Shown: positions 20,030-29,880 of the stretch, piece after piece | Layout of the letters: each line of letters begins with the position of its first letter | Position numbering within the stretch: position 1 is the stretch's first letter | Source of the DNA: an uncultured delta proteobacterium | GTDB lineage: Bacteria; Desulfobacterota; WTBG01; CAIYCZ01 | Length of the DNA stretch: 64,000 nt | NCBI GenBank assembly: GCA_963803975.1 | Contig: CAWDOY010000042.1 | Span: forward strand, 27,365-91,364 | Direction: 5' to 3' | Made by a program: the position numbers and the translations under genes | Notes under the pieces: generated by a model | What the model saw: the letters and a program-made list of their open reading frames with translations, nothing else | Told to the model about the DNA's origin: nothing | Database searches by the model: none

Positions 20030-21034
20030 ATGGCGATTTTCTTGAAAGCGAAAAACCACGACAAGCGAAGTTTAAGGGCAAGTCTCCGTACTTCTCCTTT
20101 GCGGCTCGTGCTGACGGAATTTATAAAAGCAAGCCTCGCCCATTCTGCCTGCCGCTTGACCATGCAGAAGAAAATCTGTTTCCTGAAATTCGCCAAACCG
20201 CCATAGCCCACTTTGCTGCACACAGCATCAAATGGCATGATGGGCAAAACGGGAAGCCAAGTAATCACCTTTGCGACTCCCAAGTCTGCTGCGTCAATTT
20301 CCTTTTTCCATTTACTAATCTGCCTCACGCGTTGGCAGAAGTGTTGCGCCACCTTTCCCACCATTCGAGAAATGCTCCCAATAGAAAGCGGGCAATACGT
20401 CACCTTCGAGTGGATTGGCCAAGAAAATTACTTGGGCGAGAAAATCTCCCGCAATGGCAAACGCACACGCGGCGCGAATTTCACAGCGCGGATGCGGCGG
20501 TTATGTTTGAGCGAACAGACGGAAAGCGACAGATTGTTTTGATTGAGTGGAAGTATACCGAGTCATATGGCGGCACATCGCTGAAAATTGCTAAAAGCGG
20601 CACAGACCGCACGACCATTTATAAGGCACTCTTCAAACGCGATGATTGTCCTATCAATAAAGAACTGTTACCCGACTTCGACTCGCTTTTCTATGAGCCG
20701 TTTTATCAGTTTGTGCGGCAACAGTTGTTTAGCCAATGAAATGGAACGAGCGCAGGAATTGGGCGCAAATACGGTAAGCGTGCTTCATATCGCCCCTGCT
20801 CATAACACTGATTTTCGCAAAGTGACCTCACCCAAATTAGCAAAACTTGGCGAGACAGCCACAGAAGTTTGGAAAAAACTGGTGCTGACTCGCGGTAGGT
20901 TTATTAGTGTAAATACCGAGCAACTATTCGGTAGCCTATCCGCCGAGCAATTTCCCGAACTGCATGTGTGGCTAGAATATATCGGCATGAGATATGCCTG
21001 GGTTCGAGAAGGCACGGCAACACTTCCAAAATAA
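20030..21034 (+). CDS. Cassette 1: PD-(D/E)XK nuclease, PGN_0703-like putative restriction endonuclease (several frameshifts)
   Basis: Joined ORFs 19987, 20213 and 20588: HLCDSQVCCVNFLFP, FEWIG..NYLGE, RTRGANFTSADA, LIEWKYTESY, EPFYQFVRQQ.LA.EME; RBS GGAGG at 20017. Confidence 0.7.
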
Positions 21035-21041
21035 AGGCGCC

Positions 21042-21103
21042 ACCCAACACGGGGTTGCAGGCGACGGGGAAAACCGCCCCGCGCCTGAACCCGACCGTAA
21101 GCT
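21042..21103 (+). other. attC site 1
   Basis: R'' ACCCAAC; arms GGGTT[G]CAGGCG[A]CGGGG / CCCCGCGCCTGAACCC with two extrahelical bases; R' GTAAGCT (GTT changed to GTA). Confidence 0.85.
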
Positions 21104-21119
21104 CACTTTGGAGGCATCG

Positions 21120-22558
21120 TTGAGTCCGCGAGTGTTCATCTCCTACAGCTGGTCATCACCGGGGCACCAAGCTCGTATCCGCCAGTGGGCTGAGCAGATG
21201 GTGAGCGACGGCGTTGACGTCGTTCTCGATGTCTGGGACCTAAAGGAAGGAGATGACAAGTATGCGTTCATGGAGAAGATGGTCACGGATGAGTCTGTCA
21301 CCCACGTGCTTGTCTTCTCCGATTCGGAATATGCCGCCAAAGCCGACGCCCGCAAGGCAGGTGTCGGTACCGAATCACAGATCATCTCGCGTGAGGTGTA
21401 CTCGAAAGTTAAACAATCCAAGTTTATCCCGGTTGTCTGCGAATTCGACGACTCAGGCGAACCATTCCTGCCCACCTTCCTTAAGTCCCGTATCTGGATC
21501 GACTTCTCCAGCCCCGAGGCTAGCGAACGAGAACTGGGAGCAACTGATCCGGCTCCTCTATGGCAAGCCGGCTCACGAGAAGCCGACTCTGGGAAAGGCG
21601 CCCACCTACGTCACAACGGATGTCACTGTTCCCGCCAGCCCAGCGGTTGCGAAGTTCGCGGCACTTAAGCAGGCCATCATTCAGGAAAAGCGGGGACTGA
21701 AGCTTTATCGGCAGGACTTTCTCGACGCGTGTTACGTTTACTGCGGATGCTCTGCGCATCAGAGAGCGGCCTGACGTCACGAACATGGGCGAGCGGGTTT
21801 TGGAGGACTGCGGAAAACTCAAACTCGTGCGCGACCATATCGTGGATTGGGTCTTGCTCGAATCCGAGGTCAATCCCTCAGAAGAGTTCGGCGAGGCGCT
21901 AATTGCCATGCTTGAGCGGTTGCTTGAACTCAAGTCCAGGCCGCCAGAAGTCAATTCTTGGAGCGACGTGTGGTTCGAGGCGCATCGTGTGTTCGTCTAC
22001 GAGACCTTCCTCTACATCGTATCGCTGCTCTGATCAAGACCGGCTCGTTCGGTATTCTTCACCTTATTCTCACTAGCCACTATCTCTTGCCGGAGACAGA
22101 GGCGCATGGACCCGAACCGATTCGTCACGTTCGACGCATTCTACGGCTACTCCGAGACGCTACAGGTGCTCGCGCCCGAAGGACAGAAGCTCTACGCACC
22201 TGCGGCAGAGCTTATCAAGCGACAGGCGGATCGCACGGACTTGCCTTTCGCAGAGGTTATGCAGGCAGAGTTGCTCGTCCTGATGATGGCTTTCATCACC
22301 GATGGCGCTCGGTGGTATCCACAGACACTTCACTATTCATCGCGTGCAGGCGCATTCCCGTTCTTCGTGAGGGCTGCACAGCACCGCAACTTCCAGAAGC
22401 TCGCAAAGATCACAGGAATTGAGAGCGCAGACAAACTTCGTGAAGCCGTGAAAGCAGGGCATCAGCGGTTGGATGTGAACCAGTGGCACAACTTCTGGAT
22501 GAACGATCGATCGTTCTGGGACAGCATGAACATGGATGCACTGGATACGCTTAAGTGA
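21120..22558 (+). CDS. Cassette 2: SEFIR/TIR-domain protein (frameshifted)
   Basis: TTG start after GGAGG; PRVFISYSWSS..H, GVDVVLDVWDLKEG, YAAKADARKAGVGTESQII, KFIPVV; continues through ORFs 21253, 21785 and 22106. Confidence 0.85.
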
Positions 22559-22611
22559 GCTAACAACAGCATGCAGCGGACGGCGCCGCGCGCCGCCGCT
22601 GAGCGTTATGC
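22558..22611 (+). other. attC site 2
   Basis: R'' AGCTAAC; stem CAGCGG[A]CGGCGC / GCGCCGCCGCTG; R' GTTATGC; right arm appears about 6 nt short. Confidence 0.8.
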
Positions 22612-22651
22612 AGGATATAAAACTGAAATAAAAAAATATTGAGAATAAATT

Positions 22652-23862
22652 ATGACTAAATTAACAATTCGAGAAATAATAAAGGAAGTACCTGATATCC
22701 AGACTGTGATTTTGCCAACCCATTGGTTTGATGATCTAAGTGATAGCCAATCAGTTTTTGCTTCTTTATATTATTGGATGCTGAAAAATAGCCAAGTGCC
22801 TTCAGATAACAAAGATTCCTTGCACAATAGAACTTACGTTGGCGAAAAATTATTTAATAAATTTATTGCTGCAGAAAAAAAACGCCTTAGCAAAACGCTC
22901 AAGATTAAAGGAAACGAGTTGGAACATGCGGTTTCTTGGTCAGATATCAATTCAGGACCAAAAACAGAGATCGGTGGCTGCAGCATTAACGGGGATGTGA
23001 TTCTTGTAATACCTGAGTCGAGCAGACAAGCGCTTGGGGAATTTTCTTTAAAGATTTACAAAAGAGAACGGGATACAGCAATTAAAAAAATCAAAGCTAG
23101 TGCTGCTGGCGCTACATTTTATCAATGGTTGCTTCCTCAAATTGAACGACCTGATCCAGTTGGAGATATTGCAAGAGATGCAGTCGGTGACGAACATTTT
23201 CCTCGCGAAAGCAACCATTACGAGGAAATAAGATCGTATTTAGACTCTTAAGGTAGAAATTCTGCAGCAATTGAAAGCTTGAAAGAAGGCTGGCTAGAAT
23301 ATATTCAAAAATATCCAGAACGAGTACAACCATATGCATGGTGCAGTGCCTGTGGTGCGAAGATAAATGTTGAAAATGCTTTACTCGCATTAAACTTGGA
23401 TACGCAAGAACTACTAATTTATGATGAGAAATGCCTCAATGATTTCAAGCAATATGATGATTTCTTATCGCGTCCCTTATTGGGAATAACCCATGACGAA
23501 CTCAAAAGATTAGCTGTAAAGTACGAGGTGAGCGAATATCAAGCTGCGGTATTACTTGAGTGCTTTAATTTGTGGGGCATTATGCCTGCCAATCATTGAA
23601 TATTGTTTTGCAAGACCACTCAATGTTGTAAATAGCTGGTCGTTCGATCTCCAATTCGAAGAGGTATGACGTTATGAGACGGGGCAATTTTCAATGTGTA
23701 CTATGTGGTGCAGGCGGCAATGAAGCTAAGCTCGAAATTGATCACATAATCCCAGTCTCGCGAGGTGGTACGGATACCATAAGCAATCTTCAGTGCTTAT
23801 GCTTTAAATGCAATCGCGGGAAACACGCAAAAACAGAACCGATAAACAATATGTTAGAATGA
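22652..23862 (+). CDS. Cassette 3: unknown N-terminal domain + YozE SAM-like domain + Cys motif + HNH endonuclease (in-frame TAA at 23249, break near 23600-23630)
   Basis: TFYQWLL.Q.ERPDPVGDIARDA..D.HFP.....EEI.SYL...W.EY (YozE-like); CSACG; RYDVMRR.NFQCVLCG...LEIDHIIPVSRGG.D..SNLQCLCFKCN.GK (HNH). All lie within one attC-bounded unit. Confidence 0.65.
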
Positions 23863-23880
23863 AGATAAATTAGATAGAAG

Positions 23881-23938
23881 ACATAACAAAATCACTTCAG
23901 CCGACCGCATCCGCTGCGGCTGACTTTTAGCGTTAGCT
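23881..23938 (+). other. attC site 3
   Basis: R'' ACATAAC; TCAGCCG...CGGCTGA stem; R' GTTAGCT. Confidence 0.85.
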
Positions 23939-23961
23939 CTCTAAAATCAAAGTATTAACCA

Positions 23962-24480
23962 ATGGAAACAACGAGAAAAAAAGCTTTGGAAATCATGCAA
24001 AAGGGGCTGGTTTCCTACAAACTCCTGAGTGAAGGCTGGTATGTTAGCGATCATTTCGGCGATGGTTGTGACCTAATTGCAGAAAAAGCTGGTAGATTCG
24101 TAAAAATTGAACTCAAAGCCATTGATCTTAACAGCATAAAAAAAGGCGATAATGCAACACAACACCTGTCAGCAAATGAAATAGTTACCGCCACACATCT
24201 TATTATAACTGTATTTAAAGGCATTGAAATGAAAGATAACTACATAATGAACATTCGCCAGTTTGTGGAAAACTCAGGCGTAAAGAAATATAACAACTAT
24301 AGTAGCTTTGGAGAATTTATTGAGAAATACAAGAAATTGGCTGCGGCAAAGTCCCAACAGGTGAAAAACTTTAGAGTGAAAAAAAACGATTGGATTTTGA
24401 TTTTAATTTTAATCCCCGCAATACTGAAAAATGGAAACTATCCAAGATTTAAAAACCACTGGGGAAACATAGAATTGTAA
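23962..24480 (+). CDS. Cassette 4: small PD-(D/E)XK-type nuclease
   Basis: V.YKLLSEGW.V....DGCDLIAEKAGRFVKIELKA matches the D..(E)xK Holliday-junction-resolvase-like motif; AT-rich; 3' end may be frameshifted. Confidence 0.6.
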   Translation: METTRKKALEIMQKGLVSYKLLSEGWYVSDHFGDGCDLIAEKAGRFVKIELKAIDLNSIKKGDNATQHLSANEIVTATHLIITVFKGIEMKDNYIMNIRQFVENSGVKKYNNYSSFGEFIEKYKKLAAAKSQQVKNFRVKKNDWILILILIPAILKNGNYPRFKNHWGNIEL

Positions 24481-24524
24481 AGAGCTAACAAAGCCGTCGA
24501 CCGGACGCCGGGGAAAGCGCGGCG
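24481..24524 (+). other. attC site 4, truncated (left half only)
   Basis: AGAGCTAAC is the exact complement of GTTAGCTCT at 23932; apical CGCCG...CGGCG stem present; no L' or R' box. Confidence 0.7.
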
Positions 24525-24815
24525 GGGCCTCGCGGTAGGAGGGGAAGAATGGGTCACCCATTAAAGGTTCCTTGTCAAGAGAATAGAGTTCTCCTGTGAC
24601 AAAAAGCTATGCTGTTTTGCCTTGGAGGGGAAGAATGGGGTCAAATCTTTATCTTGACACCATGACGGCCCCTAAGATTAATAAGGCGTTCCTTGGAAAA
24701 TGAACCCAATTTGCTATTCAGTTTTATTACATGGATTTCAGCAGTTATTCAAAGATTTACGATTATGACAATATCCTTATTCACTATCTCATGAAAGGAC
24801 AAATGAGCTAGAGTA

Positions 24816-24877
24816 GCATATCAACGGCATTAAGGGCGACGGCAAAAAGCTGCCGCGCCTTATGCCAGGCGTATCTC
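24816..24877 (+). other. attC site 5, degenerate
   Basis: GGCAT[T]AAGG[G]CG[A]CGGCA / TGCCGCGCCTTATGCC stem; R'' GCATATC and R' GTATCTC both deviate from AAC/GTT. Confidence 0.7.
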
Positions 24878-24897
24878 ACTAAGGCGTGAGGTTTTTT

Positions 24898-25246
24898 ATG
24901 GAACTAGTTTATATCTCTAAACGATCTTTTAAGAATACATGGCAGGAATATCGCGTGTACCCCAATCGGCTGGAACTCCAGTTTTGGCTCGGTTTGACAG
25001 ACTATCGTGATCCCGTTCGAGAACATTGATGCAATTGAAATTCGTCCACCTTTTTCTGCTTGGGACCTTTTCAGGGGCAAGGGTTTCATTTTTTCATTCC
25101 CTTTGAAAATTGATGCGGCGGATATTTTTCGGCATCTCGCAATCAAACGCAAGAAGGGAGTTTTCAAACACATTAGGTTTACACCTGATGACCCGGAGAA
25201 TTTTTTATCTGTTGTCAAATCTCATGCCGGTAATATTGATAAATGA
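24898..25246 (+). CDS. Cassette 5: small hypothetical protein, possibly bacterial PH-like (frameshift near 25000)
   Basis: MELVYISKRSFKNTWQEYRVYPNRLEL... joins IPFENIDAIEIRPP...IRFTPDDPENFL; RBS GAGG; directly follows attC5. Confidence 0.55.
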
Positions 25247-25278
25247 TAAACAAGACCTGCAGAAGGAGGAGAATAATC

Positions 25279-25952
25279 ATGGCACGCTTGACCGAGGACT
25301 TTCTTTCCCACTTTTATTACGGGCTGAGAGAAGATTATGTGGAACGGGTGCAGGGAGCAAAGAAACCGCTCTCAGAGGTATTCCTGGGATTGACCAGAAA
25401 CAATCCGGTGCTGGTTACCTGCGATAAAAATTGTATCCCCAACGGCGCGGTCAAAAGTGTCGGCTACAATCTCAAGGAGAAACTACCTGCAGGAGGCAAT
25501 TGAAGCCTATGACAGCTTCCTTGCCCGAAGGTGGCAGAAGATACGGGAGCTGATGGGCGTCGGGTATGAGGGCGAGGGCTGGGTCTATTCACCGAATCCG
25601 GAGTTTATTGTGGACGGCCTTAAACATTCTCTCAAATATCTCTATTTTCCCAAAGAAGAGGCTGAGCAGCGAATAGACTTTGAACAGCTTGGCACCCTGG
25701 AAGGCTTTGGCAGGAAAACCTGGGAGAATATTCAGCAGAATAAAAAAGTTGCCATTGTCGTACTATTATCCGCCCGGAATTCATTTCCAGGTAAACTGCA
25801 CGGTAGAGGTGCAGAAGTCAGGGCTTATCCGGGATTTTATCAACCGGGCAGCCTGCGCTGCCCATGGCGAGAACCCGGCAAAATGGCCCTGGCGCACAGC
25901 CTACATCTTTCACGTGGAGGACGTGATAGACAAGAGCGTGTATCCGAAATGA
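25279..25952 (+). CDS. Hypothetical protein, probably split-barrel (PNPOx-like) fold; two frameshifts
   Basis: Strong RBS AGGAGGAG; ORFs 25243, 25457 and 25680 join; KTWENIQQNKKVAI.YY.PP..HFQVNCTVE. Confidence 0.55.
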
Positions 25953-26054
25953 TTGTAAAGCTATAAGCTCTCAGCTGACAGCTATCAGCCGCAATGTTAG
26001 ATAAAAAATACCGCGGTCAATTTTAAAAACACTTTTTCTGAATGAGGAACTTAT

Positions 26055-26819
26055 ATGAATACTATTAAAATCATGCCCTGCCTGGATATGAAAGACGGCC
26101 GGGTGGTCAAGGGTATCCATTTTGTAGACATCAAGGATGCCGGAGACCCGGCGGCACATGCTGAATTTTACCAAAAAGAAGGCGCTGATGAGCTTGCGAT
26201 GCTCGATATTGCCGCGACCCTTGAGAACCGCAAAACCCGGCTGGAGTGGGTTAAGAATGTCTCGTCGGTTATTGATATACCGCTCACCGTCGGCGGCGGT
26301 ATCGGCAGCATTGATGATATTGAACAGGTGCTTGCGGCAGGAGCTGACAAGGTCTCCATGAACAGCGCAGCGGTGAAATCACCGCAGCTGGTACGGGAGG
26401 CGGCAGGAAAGTTCGGTTCAGAAAAAATCGTCGTTGCCATTGACGGCCGCCGCAACAAAGATATGCCGTCCGGGTTTGAAGTGGTGGTATCGGGCGGCAC
26501 CAAACCTGCCGGCAGAGATGCTGTTGTCTGGGCACGAGAGTGCCAGAAGCTGGGAGCGGGGGTGATTCTGCCCACCAGCATGGATGGTGATGGAACCCGT
26601 GCAGGGTATGATCTTGCTTTCACACGGGCAATTGCCGATGCGGTTGACCTACCGGTTATTGCGTCAGGCGGGGCAGGGACGCTTGAACATTTTTATGAGG
26701 GCGTGGTGAAGGGCGGCGCTGATATCCTGCTGGCAGCCTCGGTGTTTCATTTCCGCATTTTCAGCATTAAAGAAGTTAAAGAGTACCTGAAGAGTAAGGG
26801 GCTGCAGGTTAATCTCTAA
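26055..26819 (+). CDS. hisF: Imidazole glycerol phosphate synthase cyclase subunit
   Basis: IMPCLDMKDGRVVKG, DAGDP, IPLTVGGGI, AGADKVS.NSAA, TSMD.DGT..GYDL, PVIASGGAG, LAASVFH. Confidence 0.95.
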   Translation: MNTIKIMPCLDMKDGRVVKGIHFVDIKDAGDPAAHAEFYQKEGADELAMLDIAATLENRKTRLEWVKNVSSVIDIPLTVGGGIGSIDDIEQVLAAGADKVSMNSAAVKSPQLVREAAGKFGSEKIVVAIDGRRNKDMPSGFEVVVSGGTKPAGRDAVVWARECQKLGAGVILPTSMDGDGTRAGYDLAFTRAIADAVDLPVIASGGAGTLEHFYEGVVKGGADILLAASVFHFRIFSIKEVKEYLKSKGLQVNL

Positions 26820-26971
26820 CAGGCTGTTGAAAAACACCCATCTGCTTTGTTGCGCTCATCCTTCGTCATTGCGACGTACTGTAATGTACGCCTCATTCCT
26901 CAGGATTTCGCGCGCCTTGCATCCGGATGTTTTTGACCAGCCTGGGAGAAAACTACTTTTTCAACAACCGG
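26820..26971. mobile_element. 152-bp MITE, copy 2
   Basis: CAGGCTGTTGAAAAA...TTTTTCAACAACCGG; CTAA on both sides, the left one containing the hisF stop codon. Confidence 0.85.
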
Positions 26972-26986
26972 CTAAAATAAAAGCAT

Positions 26987-27032
26987 AAAAAAACAGGGGG
27001 CGGCAGTTATTTATAGCTCTGCCGCTCCCTGC
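26987..27032. terminator. Terminator hairpin between convergent genes (T-tract on minus strand)
   Basis: AAAAAAACAGGGGGCGGCAG...CTGCCGCTCCCTG. Confidence 0.6.
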
Positions 27033-27068
27033 TCCATGTTTTAACTGGATTAGAGCGCTTCTCCGGCG

Positions 27069-29151
27069 CTATCCCTGCCCCAGGCGGTTATTTTTTTCGA
27101 GTTCATCCGCAACATAACCTAATGCGAGTGATTCCAGTGTCGCTCTGGAAGGATAACCGGTAGCCGTGTCCCACCCCTGCATTTTATAAAATAAGGTTTT
27201 GAACTCTTCAAACTTTTGTCTGTCTACGATCCTGGGTTCAATGCCACTGGCATTCCACGAACCTTCTTTTCTAACGAAAAAAGTTTTATCCGTTCTGCCG
27301 GCGGGGATGTCGTAGATATAGTCGGCATACTGCACCATATCCCGGTGCCGGCCCTGCAACGTCCAGATGGCATGATCAAGGTTCCATATTTTTCTGCCAA
27401 GCTCTATGCCGTCAAGGAACGTAAAATTTTTACCGGTCACGATATTAAAGAACAAGGGTTCTGCTTCGCCGGTGGACCCTATCATATCAGGGGCATAGGA
27501 ATTGATAAAGTCCGGCCAGCGATTGTCGCACAACAGCATCGACTGTTTCCAGAACCGGGTGTAGTAGCGGTGCCAGGACACCAGCTTTGCCATATGTTCC
27601 GAATACATGTTATCGGTACTGAAATCGAGCATGAGCCGGTCGTCCTGAAAGGGGACCATTTTATCGGTAACGATGTTGATGACTTCTTCGGGAGACAGCT
27701 GTTTTGCGCCGTTATAAAATATTTCCTTAAGAAAAACATACAGCCGCATAATGTCATGCTCATTAATATCCCGGTCGCCTAAAATGGTGCCATACCCCCA
27801 TTCGACCTGAATCCTCGGGTCAAAGTGAAAGGGGAATCCCCAGTATGGATACTCAAGCTTGCCGGTCTTCAGGTCCTCTTCCAGCCTGCCCCATTTTTCT
27901 GCTGCCCTGACAGCTCCTTCGGCGATAATGTTGCCGCACTCGTGCTCGTTGCCGAGCCCGTCATTCCGGTAGGCTACCATCTTCAAAAACTGATCTATAA
28001 ATTCAAGGCTCCCGATGTCAGCAAAATTGAGCGGGCAGTCAATCTCTTTCCCGGGGCCCAGAATTCCCTCTTTGTTGAGCTGCCGCATATAGGTATAGCA
28101 CCCGTATGCTTCAAGACAGTTGATGCCGTATTTATTTAAAAGATCTACGGCCTGGTGGAGAATCTCGGCAGATTTTGCTGACAGATAAAATGTTGTTTCA
28201 GAACATGTTGCTTCGTTGCCAAGACCGCTTTCATACCTCCTGCGGCAGCCTGAATGGCAGCCAATACATGCCTGAGGCCTCTGCCCGCTGCTATGCTTAA
28301 AGTTGGGAAAGCTTTCCCAGGTTGTTCCCTGACCGGGAGGGCTCTGAAACAAATTCGGGGTTCCGGCATCTTTGGGGTTATCAAAGTCATAAGCATACTG
28401 CGCTACCTGTTCAAGCCGTGCCTTAAACAATGCCTTGGGGTCAGAAATTGTGATACTGCCGGTTCCCATCACGCTGATGGCCTTCAGCTTTTTGGAACCC
28501 CACACTGCGCCGAATCCTCCCTGGCCGGAGGTATTGGATGCGCCATGCTGAAGTACTGCCATCCTGCTCAGATTTTCCCCGGCCGGGCCGATGGTCAGCA
28601 CAGCAGGCCGCTGCGTGCTTCGTGCATCGCTCGCACTGTCAGGGCTCACCCAGGTATGCATAGCTGCCGCTTCCTGCAATATAATCGCAGATAATCTCCT
28701 GGCTTTCCCAGGCATCCTTGCCCCATAGCGATAAATCACTGCAGTCCCTGATCGTTACCTCTCCGTCTCTGATGTCAATCCAGGCCGGGGTGTCTGCCGC
28801 ACCTTCAATGGCGATCCCGTCCCATCCGGCAAACTTGAGCATCGTGGAAAACCGCCCGCCGAAACCGCTTCTGGTGAACCACTCCACCGGGTACGGCTGC
28901 GCCCCGATGCCCTGAACTTCAGTTCTTGACGAGCAGCCCGGTGCCATGGTTCCTGACAGCGGAGAAGTCATGATGGTCACCACGTTGGCGGGGTCAAACG
29001 CGCTGATTGTTTTGTCCTTCACCAGATCAAAGAAAATCGCCGAGCCAATGCCGTGCCCGCCGCCCCACTGCTCATAATCGCTGGTAGGTATGGAAGAGAT
29101 GCTTTTTGTGGTTAAATTTACCCGCAATATTTTTCCTGCATATCCGTACAT
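27069..29151 (-). CDS. Aldehyde:ferredoxin oxidoreductase family protein (frameshift near 28650)
   Basis: MYGYAGKILRVNLT, GGHGIG, GG.F...LKFAGWDGI.IEG, IGPAGENL, GG.GAVWGSKKLKAI, C.GC..GC, GWD..TG.P.R.TL..L.L. Confidence 0.88.
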
Positions 29152-29202
29152 TGTTTATCCTCCGCTCTGCTTATTAGTGCATTGCCGTCGCGATTGTTTG
29201 CC

Positions 29203-29880
29203 TCAAGACCTGGGGAATCCCAGCTTTTCCCATTGCTCGTCCCTCAGGTTTACGTTGTAGCCCTCGTCTCCCTGCTGGTCAGGTATCACTTTGGTGAAAA
29301 TAATGGCGTTTACAGGGCATATCTCAAGGCAGGCTTTTTTGCCGTTGGGGCCGCCTTTTTCGCCCAGGTACGGCGAGTTGGCGCAGAGGTCGCATTTCTG
29401 GGAATGTTTTTCCTCGGCATTCCAGATGGCCCTGCTGGGCGGATAGGGGCAGGCATTGACGCATTGCTTGCAGCCGATACATTTTTTTATAGCAACTGTC
29501 GCTACATTGCCGGCAAACAGATCCCGGTGCAGGGCTCCGGTTGGACAAACTTTGAGGCAGGCAGCATCCACGCATTGCCGGCACTGGGATATAGTCAGGT
29601 CATCAGGCCATTTTTCAAAAGAGTTTTGCAGTACCTGGATTCGTGAGCGAGACATGCTGATAACACCTTCGTGAACCAGCGAGCAGGCCAGCATACATGA
29701 TGCGCATCCCTGACACTTTTTCATGTCAACGAGCAGAAACCCCCAGGTCGCCTTGTTGTCGCCCGGGCCAATGCACCCTAACATGCCGGCCCCAATAATA
29801 GCCATGCCGGAGAATTTAATAAAATCTCTGCGTGAGACAGTGATAATGTTTTTCTCTGTTTTTTTGACTATACTGCTCAT
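29203..29880 (-). CDS. 4Fe-4S dicluster protein with twin-arginine signal (AOR electron-transfer subunit)
   Basis: SRRDFIK Tat motif; four Cys motifs CQGCASCMLAC, CRQC...C..VCP, CIGCKQCVNACP, KCDLC...C..ICP. Confidence 0.9.
   Translation of the reverse strand: MSSIVKKTEKNIITVSRRDFIKFSGMAIIGAGMLGCIGPGDNKATWGFLLVDMKKCQGCASCMLACSLVHEGVISMSRSRIQVLQNSFEKWPDDLTISQCRQCVDAACLKVCPTGALHRDLFAGNVATVAIKKCIGCKQCVNACPYPPSRAIWNAEEKHSQKCDLCANSPYLGEKGGPNGKKACLEICPVNAIIFTKVIPDQQGDEGYNVNLRDEQWEKLGFPRS

Larger units (their letters stand above)
19989..25246 (+). mobile_element. Integron gene-cassette array lacking a linked integrase (CALIN-like), about 5 cassettes
   Basis: Five attC-type hairpins, co-oriented single-gene units, and complementary R'/R'' ends for four consecutive cassettes. 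Confidence 0.88.

Noticed and set aside
19700..20403. Minus-strand ORF 19900..20403 as a possible intI
   Set aside because: No tyrosine-recombinase R-H-R-Y motifs; it is the antisense shadow of cassette 1.
25244..25263. Possible attC remnant after cassette 5 (TGATAAACAAGACCTGCAG)
   Set aside because: No complementary arm or GTT box; too short to support.
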